Positions 19,401 to 29,573 of a stretch of DNA of 64,000 nucleotides are shown piece after piece. The position numbers and the translations under genes are program-made. This DNA is from Pseudomonadota bacterium. Lineage in GTDB: Bacteria; Myxococcota_A; UBA9160; UBA4427. A model generated the notes under the pieces. The model saw only the letters and a list, made by a program, of their open reading frames with translations. It did no database searches and was not told where the DNA came from. The stretch lies in the NCBI GenBank assembly GCA_027295775.1, contig JAPUKG010000007.1:276-64275 (forward strand), written 5' to 3'. Within the stretch, counting starts at the first letter, position 1, and every line of letters begins with the position of its first letter.

Positions 19401-19830
19401 CGGCCCCGAGCCGCACCGCCAGACTGCGCAGCGTGGAGTCCAGCAGCTCCTCCTGCGTGGGGTCCAGGGGACCGAGGGCCGCGCGCACCAGATCCGGATC
19501 CACGACCTCCACGGTCCCGCTGGCCTCGAGCCGCACGGCCAGCAGATCGGTGATCGACGCGATCAGGAGGTCGCGGGAGTCGGCGCTGTGGACCCGGAAC
19601 GGAAGGATCGCCAGGTGGGTGATCCCGCCCGGGCCGCGGATCGGGTCGCGGCCGGCCTCGCTGGCAGGGATGCGCTCCTCGCCGGGCGGAGAGGCGGCGT
19701 CCGGCTGCGCTTGCTGTGCGGACTGTGGGGCGGGCGGAGTCGTCACCTGGGCCTCGGCACTCGGAGTGGCGAGAACCAGCCAGGCCGCGGCCGTGGCCAG
19801 GCTCGTTCCGACGCGTCGGTGCGGGCGCAA
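16438..19830 (-). CDS. bamA: Outer-membrane protein assembly factor BamA with ~290-aa N-terminal extension
   Basis: POTRA repeats begin at IVAKIEIRGNRRIEADAI. The C-terminal barrel has the L6 motif FQLRGF and a terminal ...FEFSVGGFGL. Start moved to TTG 19830, which is preceded by GGGAGGAAGCTC and yields a clean Sec signal (RPHRRVGTSLATAAAWLVLATPSAEA/QV). Confidence 0.9.
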   Translation of the reverse strand: MRPHRRVGTSLATAAAWLVLATPSAEAQVTTPPAPQSAQQAQPDAASPPGEERIPASEAGRDPIRGPGGITHLAILPFRVHSADSRDLLIASITDLLAVRLEASGTVEVVDPDLVRAALGPLDPTQEELLDSTLRSLAVRLGADAVITGSLTELAGRFSLDVRVVPVAPAQRSRTIVFTASSEEALLGRVAEVADRAAASLREGGPGPVLEVEIAGAGDLQEDLRSELETEVGATYNPDVAQADAERLTAHPSVASTTVETERSPSGVRVRFRVLRAEMIFGGTSFEPEGEIVAKIEIRGNRRIEADAIKSRIRTRAGENLRPAQLAADVREVFSLGFFRNVRVLAEDGPDGTILIFEVEENPVVRQIAIAGNENIDSEQVRDALTLTTGSTLDYPLLHENTQRIEALYRADGYYLAKVSYEIQALAPGSVAVNFEVEENKKLRLREVAFSGIEAFDAGELRKGFATKRWRWWSWATSWFDKSGTYSEPLFIQDLRKVEKLYTDNGYLQVEVGQPDVEALEDRLVVTVPIVEGDQYSVGIIDIAGDETADFELLREKLKLESGDIFNRSFLTEDVQELEEFYTDRGFYFASIQPLTKLDPDALKVDVEFRVEKGPLYFIRHVDISGNTRTVDRVIRREMKAVEGQLYSARAIQLSTRRIRRLGYFEDVAFEPRPTEDPSQLDLDVNVVERPTGSFSFGAGFSSQDRFVFTASLSQQNLFGRGYATSLSADIGGSTNRFSFSFNDPYFLGSTFSLGMSVFLTSVRFQDFNQDRRGVDISLGHSLREDNTARGFLRYSYSNREISQSQNVNTSAVLFRELFQGVESTSLVGLSFQSDTRDDRFAPTSGTTYGATVEYAGLGGFSKFLRFEGRFSWYLGAPGWLFDRSTFVFGARLGYAIPFNTIDDYDLLAGPEGGCDEFSCDNVAALNMIDTDIELPLTERYFLGGLGTFQLRGFRARSLGPRRAILKRSGLQGTGQLFHPVGTQLAANPVGGGLVAVCNDRLQDNGNPNQGNANGKCNNLDDSEIDDFDDLNETDVIGGNSFISTTFEYRFPISEEIGLQGVVFVDGGNAFAESDGNKLFNPAEWRYGVGGGVLWFSPFGPLQLILGFPIDALPVEDSPVFEFSVGGFGL

Positions 19831-19977
19831 GAGCTTCCTCCCAGCTCGGGGGCCGCAGTCTAGGGATCGACCCCACCCGGGGCAAGCCCCCACATCGCGG
19901 TTTTTCCCTTCGAAGACAACGGGTTAAGAGATCTGACCTGGCTCCGCCGGATGCAACTGCGGTTCCGCGGGCGGGGT

Positions 19978-20665
<688 letters not shown>

Positions 20666-20673
<8 letters not shown>

Positions 20674-22648
20674 ACCGCAGGGCCTCGGCGGGATCGAGGC
20701 GCGCGCCCTGGCGGCTCGGCAGGAGGGTGGCGCCCAGGGACAGCACCATGGCGATGGCTGCTACCAGTCCCACCTCGATGGGATCGATCTGCGACGGAAG
20801 GGTCGAGAACTGGTAGACGCTGGCGGGCAGGGTGTCGATCCCGGTCAGCGATTCGATGGTCGTCTGGATCCAGGTGAGCTGATCCGTGACCGCGATCCCG
20901 GCGATGACCCCCAGCACGGTCCCCGCGAGCCCGATCAGCGTGCCCTCGATGGCGAAGATGCGTTCGATGGTCTCGTCCTGGGCGCCCATCGTCTTCAGGA
21001 TCGCGATGTCGCCGGACTTCTCCATGATCATCATCATCAAGGTGGCGACGATCATGAACGCGGCCACCACCATGATCATGGTGAGCAGAATGAACATCAT
21101 CACCTGCTCGGTCTTGAGCGCCTGGAAGAAGGCGGGGAAGACTTCCTTCCAGTCGCGGGTAAAGAACGGGTAGTCGAGCTCGGCGCGCACCACGTCGGCC
21201 ACCTGGCGCGACCGGTAGAAGTCGGTGGTGCGCGCGTCGATACCGTCGATCACGTCTCCAGAGCGGCGGAACTCCTGGGCCGCCTCGAGGCTCACGTAGG
21301 TGAAGACCTCGTCGTACTGGAAGAAGCTGGTCTCGAAGACCCCCACCACCCGGAACTGCTTGAGCCGAGGCGCCGGCCCGAGGGGCGTTGGCGCGCCGCC
21401 GTAGGGCGAGATGAGGAGCAGGGAGTCCCCGGGCGACACGTTCATGGCCGACGCGAGCTGGTGGCCGATCACGATCCCGGGGTCTTGGAGCCTCGTGCCA
21501 TTGGTCGGATGGCCCGGGTCGAGCTCATCGAGGGAGCCCAGGATCAGGTCCTGGCGCAGGTCCGTCACGTCTCCGATGGTGCTGGGCTGGATGCCGCGGA
21601 CCCGGACGCTGTAGATCCGCCCGCCCGGTCCCCGGACCATTCCCTCCGCGTCGAGGAAGGGCGAGGCGCCGGTCACCCCAGGCACCGATCGCACCACCGA
21701 GAGGACGTCGCCGTAGTCCTCGAACGAGCCGAAGCCGTTGTGGACCGTGAAGTGCGCGCGGTTGCCGACGATCTCGTCGCGCCAGGTCTTCTCGAAGCCA
21801 TTCATCACCGAGAGCACGACCACGATCAGCCACACGCCGGCAGCGATGCCGGCCACGCAGATTCCCGTGATGGCAGAGATGAACACCTGCCGCCGCTTCG
21901 CCACCAGGTAGCGGATCGCAATGAACCACTCGACGGAGCGACGCATGTCGACCAGGCCGGCGGCGGCCAGCGGCAGGAAGCCAAGGACCACCGCCCACAG
22001 GAAGAGTCCCACGAGCCCGGCTCCGGCGCTGGCGATCTCGGGCTGGGGCTCTGGGACCAGCAGCGCGACGGCGATTCCGGGGACCAGCGCCCCGGTCAGC
22101 CAGCGGAGCTGGAGCTCGAGCTCGCCGGGGCCCCCGGTGCCGCTCCGACGCCGACGCCACCGCGCCACCCCAACCAGCAGACCGACCGTGACGGGCGACG
22201 CCGCGGCGTAGAGCGGAAGCCCGGTTGCGCCCACCCACAGCGCGGCGGCCAGTCCCAGCAGCACGAGGGCACCACTGGCCAGGCGCGCCGGCGGGAGCCA
22301 GCGGATTCCGAACCAGGCCAGGGCCATGGCAACCGCGGTGAGGAGCAGGGTCCTGCCCGCCAGCTGGGTGAATTGCTCCACCCACTCGGTGCCGGACAGG
22401 TGGCCCCCCTCCTCGACGGCGAGGCGCACCCCGAGCCCCGCCGCCAGCAGGGCGATTGCCACGCCGAAGGCGAGCGCCCAGCGCGGCCGCCGCACCGTCC
22501 GGGCGAAGCGCTCGAGTACGACCACCGCCGAGCCCACGTAGAAGAGGAAGAGGGCCAGCATGCCCAGGGCCAGTAGCACGATGAAGGTCAGGGCCAGGGT
22601 GCCGCCGCCCGCCGACAGGGCGCGCCAGATGGCGCTCTCCGCGTCCAT
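20666..22648 (-). CDS. LolC/LolE-family lipoprotein-release permease with 234-aa polytopic N-terminal extension
   Basis: The canonical LolC/E part starts at [14 protein letters not shown] (ATG 21946) and carries the FtsX-type C-terminus ([10 protein letters not shown]...[18 protein letters not shown]). The upstream in-frame 234 codons are hydrophobic and keep coding-type G/C third positions. ATG 22648 directly abuts the lysS stop. Confidence 0.85.
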
Positions 22649-24139
22649 CTAGTGCGGCTCCTCGCGCCTCTCGGCGCGCAGGTGGGGAAACAGCACGACC
22701 TCGCGGATGTGCGACGCATCGGACAGGATCATCACGAGCCGGTCGACGCCGATGCCCAGGCCACCGGTGGGCGGGAGCCCGTGCTCGAGCGCGCGCACGT
22801 AGTCCTCGTCCAGGGGGTGGGCCTCTTCGTCTCCCGCGGCCCGCGCCCTGCGCGCAGCCTCGAAGCGCAGGCGCTGGTCCTCGGGATCGTTGAGCTCGCT
22901 GAACGCGTTGCCCAGCTCCATTCCGGCGACGAAGGGCTCGAAGCGCTCCACCAGGCTCGGCGAGTCGGGCGACTGCTTGGCCAGGGGAGAGAGCTCGAGC
23001 GGGTGGTCGGTCACGAAGGTGGGCTCGAGCAGCTTCGGCTCGACGGTTTCGCTGAAGAGATTGTCGACCAGCACGCCCCAGCTCGGCGCGTCCTCCACGT
23101 CGAGTCCCGATCGCTCCACCTCTGCCCGGAGCGCCGCGAGATCGACCGCCTCGAGGATGTCGATGCCGGTCGCCTCGCGCACAGCGTCGCGCATGGTCAC
23201 GCGGGCCCACGGCTTGCCGAAGTCGATTTGGACGCCCTGGTAGGTCAGCTGGGAGGTGCCCAGCACCTTCTCGGCGATCTCCCGGAACATGTCCTCCACC
23301 AGGCCCATCATGTCTCGGTAGTCGGCGTAGGCCTGGTAGCACTCCATCATCGTGAACTCGGGGTTGTGCTTCCTCGACACTCCTTCGTTGCGGAAGTTGT
23401 GGCCGATCTCGTAGACCCGGTCGAGGCCACCGACCACGAGCCGCTTCAGGTAGAGCTCGTCCGAGATGCGCAGGTAGAGCTCCTGGTCGTAGAGGTTGTG
23501 GCGGGTGGTGAAGGGCATCGCCGCGGCCCCGCCGTAGAGCGGCTGGAGGACCGGGGTCTCGACCTCGACGAAGCCCCGCGCGTCCAGGAAGGCGCGCATG
23601 GCCGTAATCGTGCGGCTCCTGATCAGCGCGATCCGCCGCGCGTCCTCGTTGGCGAGCAGGTCGAGGTAGCGCTGGCGGTAGCGCGCGTCGACGTCGGTAA
23701 GCCCGTGCCACTTCTCGGGCAGGGGTCGCAGCGCCTTGGCGAGGACCTGCACGGCCCGGGCATCCACCGTCAGCTCGTCGGTGCGGGTTCGCCAGAGCAC
23801 GCCCTCGACCCGGGCGAAGTCGCCCACCGCGAGGTCCTTGATGAACTGGAAGAGCTCTGGCGAGATCTCGGCTCTGCGGGCGCTCACCTGGATCGACTCG
23901 CCGTCCGCCTGGAGGCGCAGGAACATCAGCTTGCCGAAGGAGCGGCTGGCCATGATGCGACCCACCACGGCCACCTCCGGCGACGCCGCCTCGAGGGCGG
24001 CGCCGTCGCTGGCGCCGTGCGCGTCGAGCACGGCGCGGATCGGCTCGTGCGGCCCCACCCGGGCCGGATAAGGATCGACCCCGGCCTCCCGGAGGGCCTT
24101 CACCCGCTGCTGTCGGGCTTCCCGCTCGTAGTCGCTCAA
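22649..24139 (-). CDS. lysS: Lysine--tRNA ligase (class II)
   Basis: 496 aa. OB-fold N-domain, class II motifs (YLRISDELYLKRL, FRNEGVSRKHNPEFTMME, GGLGIGVDRLVM). TTG start. Confidence 0.95.
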   Translation of the reverse strand: MSDYEREARQQRVKALREAGVDPYPARVGPHEPIRAVLDAHGASDGAALEAASPEVAVVGRIMASRSFGKLMFLRLQADGESIQVSARRAEISPELFQFIKDLAVGDFARVEGVLWRTRTDELTVDARAVQVLAKALRPLPEKWHGLTDVDARYRQRYLDLLANEDARRIALIRSRTITAMRAFLDARGFVEVETPVLQPLYGGAAAMPFTTRHNLYDQELYLRISDELYLKRLVVGGLDRVYEIGHNFRNEGVSRKHNPEFTMMECYQAYADYRDMMGLVEDMFREIAEKVLGTSQLTYQGVQIDFGKPWARVTMRDAVREATGIDILEAVDLAALRAEVERSGLDVEDAPSWGVLVDNLFSETVEPKLLEPTFVTDHPLELSPLAKQSPDSPSLVERFEPFVAGMELGNAFSELNDPEDQRLRFEAARRARAAGDEEAHPLDEDYVRALEHGLPPTGGLGIGVDRLVMILSDASHIREVVLFPHLRAERREEPH

Positions 24140-24148
24140 CCCGAACCC

Positions 24149-25280
24149 CTAGCTCGCTGATTTCTGTAGCAGAGTCGCGCGGATGAAGCGGTCCAGGTCC
24201 CCATCCAGGACCGCCTCCACGTTGCCCGTTTCGACGTCCGTGCGGTGGTCCTTGACCCGCTGCTGGGGGTGCAGCGTATAGGAGCGGATCTGGCTGCCAA
24301 AGCCGATCTCGCGCTTCTCCCCCGCCAGCTCCGCCATCCTGGCCTCGCGCTCGCGCCGCTCGCGCTCGTAGAGCTGGGCCCGCAGCACCTTCATGGCCGT
24401 GGCCTTGTTCTTGTGCTGGGACCGCTCGTTCTGGCACTGGACGACGATCCCGGTGGGAATGTGGGTAATCCGCACCGCCGAGTCGGTCTTGTTCACGTGC
24501 TGGCCCCCGGCGCCACTGGCCCGGTAGGTGTCGATGCGCAGGTCCCCCTCGTCGAGCTCCACCTCGATCGCGTCGTCGATCTCGGGCAGCGCCGCCACGC
24601 TGGCGAACGCGGTATGGCGGCGGGACTGGGAGTCGAAGGGGGAGATGCGCACCAGCCGGTGCACACCCTGCTCGGAGTTCAGATAGCCGTAGGCGTGCTC
24701 GCCGCGCACCGAGAGGGTGACGCTGCGCAGGCCCGCCTCGTCCCCCTCCTGGATGTCGAGGATCTCGGTCTTGTAGCTGCGCCGCTCGGCCCAGCGCAGG
24801 TACATGCGCAGCAGCATCTCGGCCCAGTCGCAGGCGTCGGTGCCGCCGGCGCCGGCGTTGATGGACAGGATCGCGTTGCCGGCGTCGTGCTCGCCTCCGA
24901 GGAGCTGACCGAGCTCCGCCTCCTCGAGGGCCATCTCCGCCCGGTCGACCTGCTCCGCGGCCTCGCTGCGCGCCTCCGCGTCGTCGGCCTCTTGGGCGAG
25001 CTCGAGCATCGCCTCGGCGTCGTCGAAGGCGGCGCCCAGCTCGGCGTGGAGGGCGAGCTCCCGGTCCACGGCGTTCTTCTCGCGCAGGGTCTTCTCGGCC
25101 CGCTCCCGGTCGTCCCACAGATCGGGCCGCGCGGACTCCTTCTCGAGCTCTTCGCGGCGCGCGTTTAGGCGGGCGAGGTCAAAGACGCCCCCGGAACTCG
25201 TCGAAGCGCGGGCGCAGGCGCCGCAGCTTCTGGGTGATCTCGTTGGCATCGGGCACACGGGGTGCCTCACTCTCGCTCAT
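24149..25280 (-). CDS. prfB: Peptide chain release factor 2, programmed +1 frameshift
   Basis: Frame 0 (25280..25182) reads [33 protein letters not shown], then an in-frame TGA. After the +1 shift (from 25180) it reads [13 protein letters not shown]...SPF...GGQ... The 373-aa track ORF carries a spurious N-terminus. Confidence 0.95.
25178..25193 (-). promoter_or_regulatory. prfB autoregulatory +1 frameshift site
   Basis: The minus strand reads CGGGGGCGTCTTTGAC: an SD-like GGGGG, a 3-nt spacer, then CTT TGA C. From memory the E. coli site is AGGGGGTATCTTTGAC, which has the same architecture. Confidence 0.9.
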
Positions 25281-25288
25281 GGTCGCAC

Positions 25289-26959
25289 CTACCTCTTCTC
25301 GTCGGGAGGATTCGTTCGGCCTCGCATGCGCCGGATCGCGGGGAGCGTCCGGATCACCAATGCCGCCCAGCAGCTCCAGGCGAACACGTCGCCGAAGCGA
25401 ACGTAGAGGGTGCTGCCGTCTGCGGGCCGGCGGAGCGGCACGTCCGCCGCGATCCAGTGCCGCTCGAAGATCGGCGTCTGCTCTCGAACCTCCCCAGTGG
25501 CGTCGATGATCGCGCTGATCCCGGTGTTCGCGGCCCGCACGGTCCAGACGCCGGTCTCCGCCGAGCGCAGGGCCGTGATCGCCAGGAACTGATAGGGCGC
25601 CCCCGTCCGCCCGTACCAGGCGTCGTTCGTGATGGCGAAGAGAACCTCGGCTCCGTCGCCCACGAAACGCCGCACCAGATCCGGAAAGAGGAGTTCATAG
25701 CAGATCGGAACGCCGGCCCGAACGACCGGCCCGCCGGGTGCGCCCGGGGTCGGGACCTCGACCGCGCGGGGCCCGAGGCCCGCGCTCACGTCGGTCCGCG
25801 CCATGCCGCGCGCAACGGCGCCGAGCACCGAGCCGAGCAGGCCGCGGAGCGGCACGTACTCCCCGAAGGGGACGAGGTGCGACTTGTCGTAGCGGTCGGT
25901 GAACGTGCCGTCCGGGTCGATGAAGAACGCGCTGTCGAAGAAGAGCCGCTCGCCCTGGGCGTCCGTGTCGAGCCCGACCGCGCCCACCACCAGCGACACG
26001 CCCGTCTCTCGTCCGAGCCGTGCCAGTCGCGCGCGCAGGGCGGGGTCCGATCCCGCGTGCCCGGGAACAGCGGATTCGGGCCACACCACGATCTGTGCCC
26101 CGCCCTCCCGGACCGCGCGACGCGTGAGCTGCTCGTAGATGGTGACCGTCTCGTCGCGCCACTCGGGGCTCCACTTCACGTCCTGGTCGATGTTGCCCTG
26201 GATCGCCGCCACCCGGACCGTCGGAGCGTCCTCGGGAATCGGACGGCGAAGCCCGAGGCCGACGGCGTGGAGCGCGGCCACGACCGCCAGCGCGGCCCAA
26301 ACGCTCCGACTCGGCAGCAACCCGGCGACGCCGCCGCGCATCCACGCGCGCGCGACGGCGGCCAGTGCGGCACCGCCGAGGGCGGTGGTGAACGAGAGGC
26401 CATAGACCCCGGTCGCCGAGGCCAGCCCGAGCAGGGCGGTGTTCTCGTGCTGCGCGTAGCCCAGGGTGGCCCATGGAAAACCGGTGAGCACGAACGACCG
26501 CGCGTGGTCGACGGCGGTCCAAAGGAGGGCTGCCGTCCACACCCCGGCCAGGCGGTGCTGGCACAGTCGGCCCCAGATCGCGCCGAAGACACCGGTGAAG
26601 GCCGCCACGTACAGCGCCAGGGCCATGGGCGCGACGATCCCCAGCAGGGCCGGCGCGTGCCCGTAGGTCACGGTGACCACGTAGATCCAGTGCATCACCG
26701 CGGTGTGCGCGGCCAGCCCCGCGACCAGGGCCGCCCGCCCGGCGCGCTTCCAGTCGAGGCCGTCGATGCCCAGCAGGAGCAGCGCGGGCCCGAGCCAGGA
26801 GACGACCGCCCCCAGGTCCAGCACGCGGCCGGCCACCGGGTGGGGAAACGAGAGGAAGGTGGCGGCGACGTAGCCCCCAAGCAGGAGCCCCCGGGTGCGC
26901 GCGCTCCACAGCGGATGACCCTGCAAAGCGGTTGCGCTCAGGAGCGGACCACCTGCCAA
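25289..26959 (-). CDS. lnt: Apolipoprotein N-acyltransferase
   Basis: 556 aa. Polytopic N-terminal half plus a C-terminal CN-hydrolase domain (RVAAIQGNI...VVWPESA...DKSHLVPFGEYVP...ICYELLF). TTG start overlaps the ybeY end by 22 nt; start is uncertain. Confidence 0.9.
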   Translation of the reverse strand: MAGGPLLSATALQGHPLWSARTRGLLLGGYVAATFLSFPHPVAGRVLDLGAVVSWLGPALLLLGIDGLDWKRAGRAALVAGLAAHTAVMHWIYVVTVTYGHAPALLGIVAPMALALYVAAFTGVFGAIWGRLCQHRLAGVWTAALLWTAVDHARSFVLTGFPWATLGYAQHENTALLGLASATGVYGLSFTTALGGAALAAVARAWMRGGVAGLLPSRSVWAALAVVAALHAVGLGLRRPIPEDAPTVRVAAIQGNIDQDVKWSPEWRDETVTIYEQLTRRAVREGGAQIVVWPESAVPGHAGSDPALRARLARLGRETGVSLVVGAVGLDTDAQGERLFFDSAFFIDPDGTFTDRYDKSHLVPFGEYVPLRGLLGSVLGAVARGMARTDVSAGLGPRAVEVPTPGAPGGPVVRAGVPICYELLFPDLVRRFVGDGAEVLFAITNDAWYGRTGAPYQFLAITALRSAETGVWTVRAANTGISAIIDATGEVREQTPIFERHWIAADVPLRRPADGSTLYVRFGDVFAWSCWAALVIRTLPAIRRMRGRTNPPDEKR

Positions 26960-27377
26960 ATCCGCCGCTCCTCGGCGCGCATGACGCGCGCGTCTGCGCT
27001 GCGCTCGTGGTCGTGGCCCAGTAGGTGAAGGACGCCGTGGATCAGGAGCTGGGCCACCGTCTCGTTGAGGCCGCGGTGCCGTCTACGCGCCTGGCGGGCC
27101 GCCTCCTCGATCCCGATCACCACGTCGCCCAGCAGCCGGCCGCGGTGGCTGGCGTGCTCCCCATCGACCAGCGAGAACGAGAGGACGTCGGTCGGCTGGT
27201 CGCGATTGCGCCAGGCCGCGTTCAGCTCGGCGATGCGCTCGTCGTCCACCAGCGAGAGAGAGAGCTCGGAGCGGGCGTGACCGAGCTGATCGAGCACCCG
27301 GCGCGCCCGGGACTCGAGCAGCCGGACGTCGACGCGCGGGGTGCCCACGCCCGGCGGAGGGCCGGTGAGTCGCAGGG

Positions 27378-27381
<4 letters not shown>
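26938..27381 (-). CDS. ybeY: rRNA maturation endoribonuclease YbeY
   Basis: 147 aa with the zinc motif HGVLHLLGHDHE. ATGA overlap with the phoH stop. Confidence 0.92.
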
Positions 27382-28292
<911 letters not shown>

Positions 28293-28415
28293 CCGGAGCG
28301 TGCGATCGCCCTGTCCGTACAGCTCTGCGGCGGTGTGGTTGTCGTCGAAGATGAGGGTCTGTCGGGTGCTGGGTTGCTGTGCGGCCAGGGGCTGCTCCGG
28401 CGCTTCTCGAGCGCG

Positions 28416-29573
28416 TCAGCGCAGGGGAGCGAGGAGCAGAACTCCGTCCTCGCGTTGCACGTAATAGTAGGCGGGTCCCGACGACGACGTCAACGCGCCG
28501 TCCGGGAGCGGCGTGCCCCCCTCGAGCCGCGCCAGGGTGTCCGGCCAGCTTCCCGTGAGGAAACGGTGGGCCTCGATGGCGTGGCGGAGGCGACGCTTCT
28601 CGAAGGCCTGGCGCGCCCTCTCGAAGGCCGCCCGCGGGATCGGCTGACTCGAGCCCAGCTCGCGCGCAGCCGACGCGCCCGGCGCCCGAGCGGGGAGCGA
28701 CGGGAGGATGCTCGACACCAGGAATCCGAGCAGCAGCAGGGGGAACGCCGCTGCCAGCCACCAGCGAACGCCCTCGCCCACGGCGCCGGGGCGGAGCTTC
28801 CGGCTGCGCTTGCGCGCCACACGCGCCTGCTTGGGATCGAGGCTCTCGACCACGCCGGCCCGGCGGAGATCGGCGAGGAGCCGGGTGGCGTCGAACGTGC
28901 CGAGTCGCGAGAGGTCGATGACACGCCGGGTGGTGAGCCGGCCATCCACCAGCTGGAAGATGCGCTCGGCCTCGGCCAAGCGCCGGCCCTCGGCGCCCTG
29001 GGCCTGCTGCCGGTAGACCTCGAACGAGCCGGAGCGGCGGAAGACCGTCTCGCCCGAGGGCACCTGCTCGGCAAAGGTGCGCCACTCGTCCACCATGCGC
29101 AGGCCGTCCATCAGGATCTGCTCCGCCGCCAGCAGCTTCTCGGGCGGGCGGTCGTGGGGGATGGCCTGGGCGGAGAAGTGGAAGGAGCCCTGGGACCAGC
29201 GCAGTACCTCGAAGATCGTCTCTTGGGTGAGGAGATCCAGAGTGGCCTCGAGGTCGAGCTCGCTGACCGAACCCGACGACGCGAGCAGCGCGGGGAGCGG
29301 GCGAGCGGAGCCCTCACTTTCGCGCAGGGCCTCGTCCAGGGACTCGCGGGTCAGCAGGCCGCAGCGAACGAGCATCTCGCCCAGGGCGGTGTGCTCGCCA
29401 CTCGCCGCGGGCTGGGCCCACACCACGTGCCCGTCGCTGAAGGCCAGGCGCATCTTCAAGCCTCTGGCGGCGATCTCCAGCAGTCCCGTCTTGCGCTGCT
29501 GGCCGATCAGCTGGAACACCTCGGCCAGTCCGAAGTCCTTGAGATTGCCGTGCAAGGCGACCGCCACGATCAC
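28416..29573 (-). CDS. DUF4388 (PatA-like N-terminal) domain protein with single TM and small C-terminal exported domain
   Basis: GTG 29573 overlaps the upstream stop (GTGA). N-terminus (M)IVAVALHGNLKDFGLAEVFQLIGQQRKTGLLEI...FSDGHVVWA matches the DUF4388 pattern. TM segment VRWWLAAAFPLLLLGFLVSSILP. Confidence 0.75.
   Translation of the reverse strand: MIVAVALHGNLKDFGLAEVFQLIGQQRKTGLLEIAARGLKMRLAFSDGHVVWAQPAASGEHTALGEMLVRCGLLTRESLDEALRESEGSARPLPALLASSGSVSELDLEATLDLLTQETIFEVLRWSQGSFHFSAQAIPHDRPPEKLLAAEQILMDGLRMVDEWRTFAEQVPSGETVFRRSGSFEVYRQQAQGAEGRRLAEAERIFQLVDGRLTTRRVIDLSRLGTFDATRLLADLRRAGVVESLDPKQARVARKRSRKLRPGAVGEGVRWWLAAAFPLLLLGFLVSSILPSLPARAPGASAARELGSSQPIPRAAFERARQAFEKRRLRHAIEAHRFLTGSWPDTLARLEGGTPLPDGALTSSSGPAYYYVQREDGVLLLAPLR

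Noticed and set aside
21000-21140. Strikingly Met-rich stretch ([28 protein letters not shown]) and its ATG/ATC-rich DNA in lolC/E.
   Set aside because: It corresponds to a conserved FtsX-type TM helix preceding the DIAILKT motif. Met/Ile enrichment in a TM segment is unusual, but the normal gene accounts for it.
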